A stretch of DNA of 64,000 bases, taken from Candidatus Levyibacteriota bacterium (GTDB lineage: Bacteria; Patescibacteriota; Microgenomatia; Levybacterales; GWA1-39-11). The stretch is from contig JAGORM010000001.1 in assembly GCA_018062815.1 (NCBI GenBank), positions 87,029 to 151,028 of the forward strand. Reading direction: 5' to 3'. The position numbers and the translations under genes are program-made. The notes under the pieces are model-generated. The model ran no database searches, was not told the origin of the DNA, and worked only from the letters and a program-made list of their open reading frames with translations. This document shows, one piece after another, positions 26,257 to 34,299 of the stretch. The stretch's first letter is position 1. Each line of letters begins with the position of its first letter.

Positions 26257-28626
26257 ATGAAAAATTTTGACATGTTTAATTTATACGTTTTTTATAATAA
26301 TGTGTTCGTAAAGGCATTTCGGTTTTTTGCACTTTTGTTTTTGACAATAGTCTTGTTTTATGTAAGAAATGACCTATTTCTTTTTAGAATAATTCTTAGT
26401 TTCTATGTGTTATATCTTGTAAATGAAATTTTTGTCCATTTTAAAATTAATAAATCAAGTCCGCTTAATACAGTAAGCATTGATAGCAATCTGCCTCAGT
26501 TGGCTATATTGTTTAACGTAAGATATTTGCTTAGCATAAAAAATAATAATTTCTTTATTGAAAAATTGATAAAACAGAAAGACGTTGCATTTTTTATTGC
26601 AAAAATTGATGGGTTTGATTCTTCCTCAGCTCAAGTTAATGTTATAGGTTTGTTAAATAGAGCACGTTCTTTAGCGCAAATCTGCAAAGGAACTTACATT
26701 ACGGCAGCTGATATATTTGCAGCCTATCTTCTTTTGACAGAAAGCGAAAGCCACCTTTTGGAGCAGAAAGAACTAACGGAAAACGATATATTAGAAATAC
26801 TTTTATGGTGTAGAGAAAAGTACAATCTAGATAAAGTAAATTTTATTAATATGCATTTTACAGGAGCAGGCGTTTTTGACTTTTTTATATATGGTTGGAA
26901 CACTCAATTAAAAGAATTCTCGTTTGATTTAACATACAGTTTAATCGGAAAAAATACATCTCCTATTGTAGGAAGGGAAAAAGAATTTTCTCAGATGGTG
27001 GGAATACTTTCAAAAAATTCTACAAACAACTTATTAATAATAGGCGAACCTGGAGTTGGAAAATCTTCACTGGTTTCGTTTTTGGCTCTGGAGGCATACA
27101 GAAATACAAGGTTTATTTTGCACAACACAGTTGTATATGAACTTCTTGTTGATAGATTGCTTGCGGGGGTGTCTGATGCAGGAGAACTGGAGACGCGTCT
27201 AGGGTTATTGCTTTCTGAAATAGAACATATTGGAAATGCTGTACTTTTTATTCAAAACATGGAAAATATTTTTGGGGCAGGCGGATTTGGTTTTGATATG
27301 TCAGGCATATTATTTTCTTATTTAAAAAATGGAAAGGTGCAAATAATAGGTACAACAACTCCATCTTTTTATAAATCAGTTATTGAAAAGAAGTCTAGTA
27401 TTATGAGCTTATTCGAGTTGTTAAGATTATATGAGCCTGATCGTGATGTTTCATTGCGGATGATTGCAGCCCATGTTGATAATATTGAACGGGAGTACAA
27501 TGTAAGCATATCATATAAGGCAATTCATGAGACATTAGAATTGGCTTTCTCATTTCTCCCAGAAACATTCCTTCCGGGTAAAGCAATACTTCTTCTTCAT
27601 GATGTTTCATCCAGGGTAAGACTTGCGGGAAGAAATCGGGTCGAGAAAGAGGACGTAATACAGTTTGTTCAAGAGAAGACAAACATTTTACTTGAGAGAC
27701 CAGATATAGATGAGAAAAAAGTTTTATTATCCCTTGAGCAAGAATTACATAAGAGAATAATAGGACAAGATGAGGCAGTAATTGCAATTTCAAAGGCAAT
27801 AAGAAGGCTAAGAAGTGGTTTTTCTCAGAATAAACGTCCTATTTCCACCTTTCTTTTTCTAGGTCCTACTGGAGTAGGGAAAACAGAAACTGCAAAGGCT
27901 TTATCACAAATTTACTTTGGGGATGAGGCAAATATGATAAGGCTTGATATGAGTGAATACCAAACGCAAAATGAGGTAGATAGATTATTAGGCGGTGTTC
28001 CCGGGGGAATTGAAATAGAAAATTCACTGCCTGAACAGGTTAGACTTCATCCCTTTTCGCTCATATTGTTAGATGAATTTGAGAAGGCACATCCACACAT
28101 ATTAGATATATTTCTGCAAATTTTTGAGGATGCTCGGCTTACTGATAATAGCGGAAGAACGGTTTCATTTAAAAATACCATAATTATTGCAACAAGCAAC
28201 GCTGGGTCAGAATCAATTCGTGAGATGATGCATGAGAAGAAAGATCCTGCTTCATTAAAGAATATTTTAGTAGAGGCTCTACTTAGAGATGGAGTGTTTA
28301 AGCCTGAACTACTAAATAGATTTGATGATGTGATTATTTTTACACCACTCTCTTCTATTGAGGCAGCTGAAATTGCGAAACTTATCCTTGCATTATCATT
28401 AAAGTCTCTTGAGGACGATCAAATTTACATTACATTTGACGATAAGGTTAAAAATAAAATAGTGCAAGAGTCGTTTGATGAAGAGGCGGGCGCTCGGAAT
28501 ATGAGAAGGTATGTGGGATCGACAATTGAAGATTATTTATCAAGGCTTATACTGGAAGATAAATTGAAAAAGGGAGCACATGCTACTTTGACAGTCGACG
28601 AGAACAACAATTTTGTATTACAATAA
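26257..28626 (+). CDS. Membrane-anchored Hsp100/Clp-like AAA+ ATPase paralog: N-terminal TM helices, degenerate D1 (Walker B DE replaced by QN), intact D2, no M-domain
   Basis: 2 N-terminal TM helices (FRFFALLFLTIVLFYV, LFRIILSFYVLYLV) and a degenerate Clp_N-like segment. D1 Walker A GEPGVGKSS but Walker B AVLFIQNMENIF (27253-27258 = CAA AAC). D2 GPTGVGKTETAKALSQ and ILLDEFEKAH, and TSNAGSE. No ClpP IGF loop. Confidence 0.75.
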   Translation: MKNFDMFNLYVFYNNVFVKAFRFFALLFLTIVLFYVRNDLFLFRIILSFYVLYLVNEIFVHFKINKSSPLNTVSIDSNLPQLAILFNVRYLLSIKNNNFFIEKLIKQKDVAFFIAKIDGFDSSSAQVNVIGLLNRARSLAQICKGTYITAADIFAAYLLLTESESHLLEQKELTENDILEILLWCREKYNLDKVNFINMHFTGAGVFDFFIYGWNTQLKEFSFDLTYSLIGKNTSPIVGREKEFSQMVGILSKNSTNNLLIIGEPGVGKSSLVSFLALEAYRNTRFILHNTVVYELLVDRLLAGVSDAGELETRLGLLLSEIEHIGNAVLFIQNMENIFGAGGFGFDMSGILFSYLKNGKVQIIGTTTPSFYKSVIEKKSSIMSLFELLRLYEPDRDVSLRMIAAHVDNIEREYNVSISYKAIHETLELAFSFLPETFLPGKAILLLHDVSSRVRLAGRNRVEKEDVIQFVQEKTNILLERPDIDEKKVLLSLEQELHKRIIGQDEAVIAISKAIRRLRSGFSQNKRPISTFLFLGPTGVGKTETAKALSQIYFGDEANMIRLDMSEYQTQNEVDRLLGGVPGGIEIENSLPEQVRLHPFSLILLDEFEKAHPHILDIFLQIFEDARLTDNSGRTVSFKNTIIIATSNAGSESIREMMHEKKDPASLKNILVEALLRDGVFKPELLNRFDDVIIFTPLSSIEAAEIAKLILALSLKSLEDDQIYITFDDKVKNKIVQESFDEEAGARNMRRYVGSTIEDYLSRLILEDKLKKGAHATLTVDENNNFVLQ

Positions 28627-28633
28627 TATTACT

Positions 28634-29635
28634 TTGAAAATATCAATCTTTGAAGTTGAAAAATGGGAGGAAGATTTTTTAAAAAAATCTCTTGGGAATT
28701 CTGATGAATTATCATTTTTTAATCATCCCTTAACTATCGCAGACTTAGGAGCAATAAAAGATGCTGAGGTAATAGTGGTTTTTATTTATTCTTCTGTAAC
28801 AAAAGAAATTATTGATGCCTTACCTAATTTAAAATTTATTGCAACAATGTCAACAGGCTTTGATCATATTGATCTTGCAGCCTGTAAGGAAAAGCATATA
28901 CTTGTAAGCAATGTTTCAGGATATGGTGAAATTACAGTCGCGGAACATACCTTTACCCTTCTCCTGGCGCTTTCTCATAGACTTATTGAATCTTACGAGC
29001 GGGTAAAAGAAGGATATTTTTCCCCGGAGGGCTTAACCGGATTTGATCTGTCAGGAAAAACATTAGGAGTTGTAGGGGTGGGAAGTATTGGGACTCATGT
29101 TATAGAAATAGCTCACGGATTCAATATGAATGTTTTAGGGTATAAACGAAATCCCGATCCTGAACTAGAAAAAAGATTTAATTTTAAAATTGTTGATCTT
29201 CCAACGCTTTACGCACAGTCTGATATTATTTCACTTCATGTTCCATATACAAAAGAAACGCACCATATGATAAATGAAGAAACACTTTCTCAGATGAAAG
29301 ACAATGTAGTTCTAATAAATACGGCAAGAGGACCATTAATTGATACAACTGCGGTTATAAAATACTTAGATAATGGTAAATTAAGGGGATTAGGTTTGGA
29401 CGTGTGCGAGAACGAGCCAATGTTAAGGGAAGAGAAGCAAATATTGTCAAAGGAATTTAACAAAGAGGATCTGTTATGCTTACTTGAGGAAAAGATGCTG
29501 TTAAATTATAAAAATGTAATAATAACCCCTCATAACGCGTTTAATAGTAAAGAGGCATTAGAATTAATATTGCAAACAACGGTTAATAACATTTCAGGGT
29601 TTATCAGTAACTCCCCGCAGAATATAGTTTCCTAG
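28634..29635 (+). CDS. D-isomer-specific 2-hydroxyacid dehydrogenase (NAD-binding; D-lactate/phosphoglycerate dehydrogenase family)
   Basis: NAD fold GVVGVGSIGTHV and catalytic-region GLDVCENEP. TTG start at 28634 gives the typical MKISIFEVE... N-terminus; the track ATG at 28613 overlaps the upstream stop. Confidence 0.8.
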   Translation: MKISIFEVEKWEEDFLKKSLGNSDELSFFNHPLTIADLGAIKDAEVIVVFIYSSVTKEIIDALPNLKFIATMSTGFDHIDLAACKEKHILVSNVSGYGEITVAEHTFTLLLALSHRLIESYERVKEGYFSPEGLTGFDLSGKTLGVVGVGSIGTHVIEIAHGFNMNVLGYKRNPDPELEKRFNFKIVDLPTLYAQSDIISLHVPYTKETHHMINEETLSQMKDNVVLINTARGPLIDTTAVIKYLDNGKLRGLGLDVCENEPMLREEKQILSKEFNKEDLLCLLEEKMLLNYKNVIITPHNAFNSKEALELILQTTVNNISGFISNSPQNIVS

Positions 29636-29638
29636 ACT

Positions 29639-31720
29639 CTATAACAAGAAAGATCTCAATAATTTCAGTCTTGTGTAGAATGGTAGTGTTTTTATAAAAA
29701 TAGTTTTCACTAAGACTTTGCGTTTAGTTGCTCTAATTACAATAAAAATAGATAAGAAGGTCACTATTACAAAATATACCCATGTATCTTTTCTGTAATT
29801 GTCGTTTTTATATATGTATGCCCCTGCAATTTTTATTTCTTTCTTTCCTTCTGTTTTGTTGCCGGTTTTTGTTGTCGCAGCAAGTACTTTTCCATTTTTT
29901 CCAGAAGAGACTATAAAATAACTCTCTGCTGATGCATCAATTACAGTATCTTCTCCTGTGGTCCCAGTTACATAAGAAAGCGCCGTATAATTTCCCGCAG
30001 GTGCATTTTCTGTAAGAACTAGTCCTGTTGTTAATCTTTTAGTTTTCTGAGCCTCAATGTCATCAAGATCAAATGAAGGTCCTCCCATAAACTCTCCATC
30101 CTTATAAAGCCCAATTAATAATTTTGCTCCGTATATCTTTCCGGTTCCGTTATTTTTTGCATCTACAAAGAACGTAACAGTGTCGCCAGGATTTACGAAT
30201 TCGCCTACATTATTCTTATTTGTAATAGTGAGCTTTCCTCCAGACTCCTTAGAATGAATTTCTTTCTGACTTATATCATTTGATTTTTGTTCCTGCGTAT
30301 TTTCTTCCTGTATGTTTTCAGAAATAAACTTATTTGCTCCTCCTATGTTTCCTGCCCAATTCCCAAAAACATTAATAAAAGCAAAGAAACCATTCGTATT
30401 GAAAAAATTTGAGTTGATAAAGTTAATCAGCGATACCCCAGAATATGCATTCCCCGTGTGTATTGTTCCATTTTCACTCTGAATAGTGTTTTTACCTGTG
30501 TCCGCTTGAGCTGAGACATTATTTTGTATTATTGCTGTATTGTCTGTTTTAAGCGTTGTATCACAGTTACATTCAGCGGTGCTGTTTGAAAAATTTAATG
30601 TCTCGCCCCCTTCTTGAGGTTCAAAATTATCCCACCCTAAAAAACTACCAGTCCAATTCCCAAGAACATTTATAAATAATTTCTGAAACATTGCGCCTAC
30701 CGCGTTTGTGTTTACTATGTCTAAAATGTTTACAATGCTGTGTGATGTACCGGTTTTTATTGTTGAAGAAGATGTAGCAGTATCTATTCTGTTTTCTCCG
30801 GTGTTTGCGTCAGCAGTAACATTGTTTTCCATTTTAATATCATTTTTCATGGTTGCGGATACGCCACAGGATGCACATTCAGATTCATTGTGAAACTCAG
30901 GAAGGATTATATTGCCTGAAAAATCACCAAATATATTAATAGTGACAATGTGAATAACAGAATCAACAACAGTAAAATTTGCTTTGTTCATGAGTGAGAC
31001 TACAGAATACGCATTCCCTGTTTTAATAAGAGCATTGTCTCCTTCAGCTATTTCGTTTCCTCCTGTAGATGCAGTTGCAAGTACATCATTTGCAAGATAG
31101 ACATAATTCTTTGCATCAGTTACGGAAACGTTAACAATTGGGCTTGTGTTTTTATCCTGAGAAATAATTGTGTACGCAAGATTAAATGGGGTAGATAAAT
31201 CTATATTTTCTGCATTATCTACAAAGATATTAATAGTTTGATTTATAACTTGGGAATTAATTGAGTTTGTGTTTACTGTATTGTCAATTGATATGATTGT
31301 GGTTGCTTCCCCTGTAGTAATAGAAGAGCTTGAATTCTGTTGAGAAGTAGGCGGAGAATTTGGGGACGACTCAACAAGGGGAGTAGTTGAAGTTGGAGGA
31401 GATGATGGTTCTTCAGGATCAGTAGGGGTTAACTCAGCCGAGGGAGTTGAGACATTCTCACCGGTACTAGAAGTGGCGGTGGTTGTGTCAGTTGTTGCAG
31501 CTGTATTTGTTTGTGTTGTGTTTTCAGTGTCTTCAGTCGGGGGAGTAGTAGGAGTGAGTATTGTGGGAGTTATTGTCGGATCAATTTGCTGTTCTGTAGT
31601 AGGCGTAGGGGTGTTAGTTGGTATCTCATCAAGAGCATAGACTGAAAACGGTGAGATAGAGCTTACTCCTATAACAAGAAATATAATAAAAAGTGAGAAA
31701 TATCTTTTAAATCCTGCCAT
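29639..31720 (-). CDS. Secreted repeat protein (TGNAYS-type repeat family) with T/P-rich linker and C-terminal TM anchor
   Basis: Signal peptide. TPTP/T-rich low-complexity region. At least 3 copies of a roughly 80-aa repeat (...NVSAQADTGKNTIQSENGTIHTGNAYSGVSLIN..., ...NVTADANTGENRID...IKTGTSHSIVNIL..., ...TGGNEIAEGDNALIKTGNAYSVVSLMN...). C-terminal hydrophobic helix followed by basic residues. Confidence 0.6.
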   Translation of the reverse strand: MAGFKRYFSLFIIFLVIGVSSISPFSVYALDEIPTNTPTPTTEQQIDPTITPTILTPTTPPTEDTENTTQTNTAATTDTTTATSSTGENVSTPSAELTPTDPEEPSSPPTSTTPLVESSPNSPPTSQQNSSSSITTGEATTIISIDNTVNTNSINSQVINQTINIFVDNAENIDLSTPFNLAYTIISQDKNTSPIVNVSVTDAKNYVYLANDVLATASTGGNEIAEGDNALIKTGNAYSVVSLMNKANFTVVDSVIHIVTINIFGDFSGNIILPEFHNESECASCGVSATMKNDIKMENNVTADANTGENRIDTATSSSTIKTGTSHSIVNILDIVNTNAVGAMFQKLFINVLGNWTGSFLGWDNFEPQEGGETLNFSNSTAECNCDTTLKTDNTAIIQNNVSAQADTGKNTIQSENGTIHTGNAYSGVSLINFINSNFFNTNGFFAFINVFGNWAGNIGGANKFISENIQEENTQEQKSNDISQKEIHSKESGGKLTITNKNNVGEFVNPGDTVTFFVDAKNNGTGKIYGAKLLIGLYKDGEFMGGPSFDLDDIEAQKTKRLTTGLVLTENAPAGNYTALSYVTGTTGEDTVIDASAESYFIVSSGKNGKVLAATTKTGNKTEGKKEIKIAGAYIYKNDNYRKDTWVYFVIVTFLSIFIVIRATKRKVLVKTIFIKTLPFYTRLKLLRSFLL

Positions 31721-31758
31721 AAATTTGTATGTAAAACGAGCAATTATTTAAATCCGAT

Positions 31759-31790
31759 CTTGAGGGGAAGAGTTACCTCCTCCCCTCAAG
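31759..31790. terminator. GC-rich hairpin CTTGAGGGGA-N12-TCCCCTCAAG between the two paralogous secreted-protein genes
   Basis: Perfect 10-bp inverted repeat with a 12-nt loop, 17 nt downstream of the stop of the 31807..32286 gene and 38 nt upstream of the start of the 29639..31720 gene. No clean U-run follows. Confidence 0.4.
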
Positions 31791-31806
31791 AAACTTACGA
31801 AAAAAA

Positions 31807-32286
31807 CTATTCAACAACGTTTGTGTTAACAACGTTATTTACTGCCACTCCTGTTGCAGAAGCTCCAGTGCCTGAAAGTTGCGCACCAAGAATCGCAAAG
31901 TTTGCGTTCTTCCCTGAGTTGGAAGTGCCTTTAACGTTTGTTACAACAAAAGCATGATTTGCTTGTGTTGTATTTCCGTTTGCTACTCCAACGTTCAGTT
32001 TAGGGCTAACACACCCACAACTTGTTGTGTTGTAGTTCACTTGTTGCGTGACGCCAACGCTTGTAGAGGATGCTCCGGTTGTTGATCTCTGAAGTCCTAC
32101 TGCTGCAGCGTTAAGGTTTTTTCCAGTGTTTGAGACTCCCTTAACGTTTGTTACAACAACAGCATTATTTGTCTGTGTTGTGTTTCCATTTAAAGCACCA
32201 ATATTTACTGCAGCAAATGTTGGGGTTGCAGCGCCAAGCATTACTGCTCCTGCTGCTGCTGATACTACTAATTTTTTAAAATTCAT
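31807..32286 (-). CDS. Small secreted protein with two tandem about-60-aa repeats of the same family as the 693-aa surface protein
   Basis: Start chosen at MNFKK (signal peptide ...ATPTFA) preceded by AAGGAGGTG. Tandem repeats NGNTTQTNNAVVVTNVKGVSNTGKN... and NGNTTQANHAFVVTNVKGTSNSGKN... separated by SCGCVSPK. Confidence 0.6.
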   Translation of the reverse strand: MNFKKLVVSAAAGAVMLGAATPTFAAVNIGALNGNTTQTNNAVVVTNVKGVSNTGKNLNAAAVGLQRSTTGASSTSVGVTQQVNYNTTSCGCVSPKLNVGVANGNTTQANHAFVVTNVKGTSNSGKNANFAILGAQLSGTGASATGVAVNNVVNTNVVE

Positions 32287-32322
32287 ATATTTATTCACCT
32301 CCTTTTTTCTAATATAACTAAA

Positions 32323-32363
32323 AAAAATCGGCTGTGTTCCCATGGGAAATAAAACCGATTTTT
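32323..32363 (-). promoter_or_regulatory. Nested palindromic element (AAAAATCGG...CCGATTTTT enclosing perfect palindrome TTCCCATGGGAA) in the leader of the repeat-protein gene
   Basis: Outer 9-bp IR at 32323-32331 and 32355-32363; inner 12-bp perfect palindrome at 32337-32348. On the minus-strand RNA the outer stem is followed by a U7 run, making it terminator/attenuator-like. It sits about 40 nt upstream of the start codon and downstream of a TTGTCT-15-TATTAT promoter-like sequence. Confidence 0.35.
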
Positions 32364-32505
32364 AATAAGTGTGGAAGGATAATATTCATGCTTTTAATAA
32401 GACAAAAAAAAGACACTTCCCCCGAATAAATCGGGATCAGTGCCTCCGTTAACGGCCAGCAATTTCTTTATTAAGGTAATTTATAAACCAATACTAAGTT
32501 AATTG

Positions 32506-32706
32506 TCAATGGTTTGTTTGTATTGTGTATACATCTTTCGTTGAAGCAATTATGGGTTTTTTAATATTTTTTTCTGTAATTTGTGTAACTAAAAAATCTT
32601 GTACACAAATCTCAACAGTTCCCCATCCGCGAATATTTTTCAAAGAAGAAACTAGTTCATTAATTAAGTCAGGAGTGATTTCTTTCGTAGAATATTTGTC
32701 TGCCAT
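32506..32706 (-). CDS. Hypothetical small soluble protein
   Basis: 67-aa ORF from MADKYSTKEITPDLINELVSSLKNIRGWGTVEI... Mixed hydrophilic composition in otherwise non-coding 430-bp gap. No homolog recognised. Confidence 0.3.
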   Translation of the reverse strand: MADKYSTKEITPDLINELVSSLKNIRGWGTVEICVQDFLVTQITEKNIKKPIIASTKDVYTIQTNH

Positions 32707-32777
32707 AGTGATATTTAAGGGCAGACATATCATATAAAAATATAGTCTTTTGTGTAGAGGTTGTCAACAGGTAAAAC

Positions 32778-33194
32778 TTATTTAAAAAAGGAGCTAAGCA
32801 TGTTTTCAATGTTTGATAGGATATACTCTAAACTTGTCTTTTTTTCTGATTTAATCTTTTTTAATTTATAAGTTGGCGCAGGTTTTTTTATAGTGTGATT
32901 TTTTATAATACTTGGAAGCGCAATTGTATTTTTAATTTGAGAAGATGTACTAGACGAATTTGTCTTAATTTCAACAGTTCCGTCATTATTACTGTTTACA
33001 ACATTTTTTTCGCCATTTGTCTCAATTGATATGTGCGTTTCAGATTTGCCTCCTGAAGTATTGGTTTCGACATAGACAGATGTGTTTGCATCCCCTGACG
33101 TAAACGATTCTGCGTATGTGTTTGAGAACGAAAATACAATAATTATAAGCGGAAGTAGAAACAGTATTTTTTTTATATTCATCTTAAGAAACAT
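32778..33194 (-). CDS. Small secreted S/T/N-rich protein
   Basis: Signal peptide (MNIKKILFLLPLIIIVFSFSNTYA) followed by polar low-complexity sequence; 138 aa. Confidence 0.5.
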   Translation of the reverse strand: MFLKMNIKKILFLLPLIIIVFSFSNTYAESFTSGDANTSVYVETNTSGGKSETHISIETNGEKNVVNSNNDGTVEIKTNSSSTSSQIKNTIALPSIIKNHTIKKPAPTYKLKKIKSEKKTSLEYILSNIENMLSSFFK

Positions 33195-33258
33195 TATGAA
33201 TAATTTTATACTTCATTTATTTATGTTTTGTCAAGAAAATTCCAGGCACTAATTTATA

Positions 33259-34299
33259 TTATTTAATATACATCCCATCTCCGAATGAAAAGAATCTAAA
33301 GCGTTTCATTTGTGCTATTTTGTATAATCTAAATAATTGTTGCCTTCCTGTAAAAGCTGCAACAAGCATAAGAAGGCTGGATTTTGGTACGTGAAAATTT
33401 GTGATAATTTGATCAGTAAATTTTAATTTTGTTTTTTCCGTAATAAAAAGATTTGTTTGTCCATTCAGCTTTTGAATGGACCCATGAGAGTCTGCAGCTG
33501 ATTCAAGTGCTCTAACCACTGTTGTGCCAATTGCTATTATCTTTCTTCCATCCTGTTTAGAATTATTAAGCAATTCGGCAGTTGCAGTATCAATTTCATA
33601 TAGTTCCTCATGTAATTTTTGTAACTTATAATGCGTTTCGTTTAGAGGGGCAAATGTTCCCAGATTTACATGTAAAGTTATAAAGCATATTAAGTGTCCT
33701 TGATCTTGTATTTTTTTCATGAGACTTTTTGTGAAATGAAGGGAGGCGGTGGGAGCGGCTACTGATCCCTCATTTTTTGCAAAAACGGTTTGATATTCTT
33801 TTCTTAATCTTTTTTCATTTGTGGTTGTATGTTTTATATACGGTGGTAGAGGCGTTATCCCGATTTCTTGAAATACTTGCAGATAATTATTGACAGAAAA
33901 AGATGGCTTTAGAAAATATTCTTTATCTTTTTTTAAAACCACTGTAAAAAAATATTTTCCCGCAGTAACAACTATTCCTTTTTCAAGTTTTTTGTTAGCC
34001 CAAAAAATTAATTCATCCCCCGCTTTTCTTATAAAAAGTAAATCTACCTTCCCCCCCGTAGGTTTTGTTGTGATTATACGGGCAGGTATGACTTTTGTGT
34101 TATTAAAAACTAAAACTGAACGTTGGGGTAGAAAATCACCTAAATTTTTAAATGTGTCTATTAAATTTTTTTTTGATTTCCTATCATAAATTAATAATTT
34201 TGCGCTGTCTCGCGGGTATGCTGGGTTTTGGGCAATAAATGATTCAGGTAATTCGTAGTCATATCGTAGCAGAAGTTTTTCAAAATCAGATTTTACCAT
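33259..34299 (-). CDS. queA: S-adenosylmethionine:tRNA ribosyltransferase-isomerase
   Basis: N-terminal YDYELPESFIAQNPAYPRDSAKLLIY pattern of QueA. 14-nt overlap with the upstream tgt. Confidence 0.85.
   Translation of the reverse strand: MVKSDFEKLLLRYDYELPESFIAQNPAYPRDSAKLLIYDRKSKKNLIDTFKNLGDFLPQRSVLVFNNTKVIPARIITTKPTGGKVDLLFIRKAGDELIFWANKKLEKGIVVTAGKYFFTVVLKKDKEYFLKPSFSVNNYLQVFQEIGITPLPPYIKHTTTNEKRLRKEYQTVFAKNEGSVAAPTASLHFTKSLMKKIQDQGHLICFITLHVNLGTFAPLNETHYKLQKLHEELYEIDTATAELLNNSKQDGRKIIAIGTTVVRALESAADSHGSIQKLNGQTNLFITEKTKLKFTDQIITNFHVPKSSLLMLVAAFTGRQQLFRLYKIAQMKRFRFFSFGDGMYIK

Noticed and set aside
31760-31957. 65-aa + strand ORF spanning the inter-paralog hairpin
   Set aside because: Overlaps the 3' end of the repeat-protein gene on the opposite strand and contains the GC hairpin. 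More likely non-coding.
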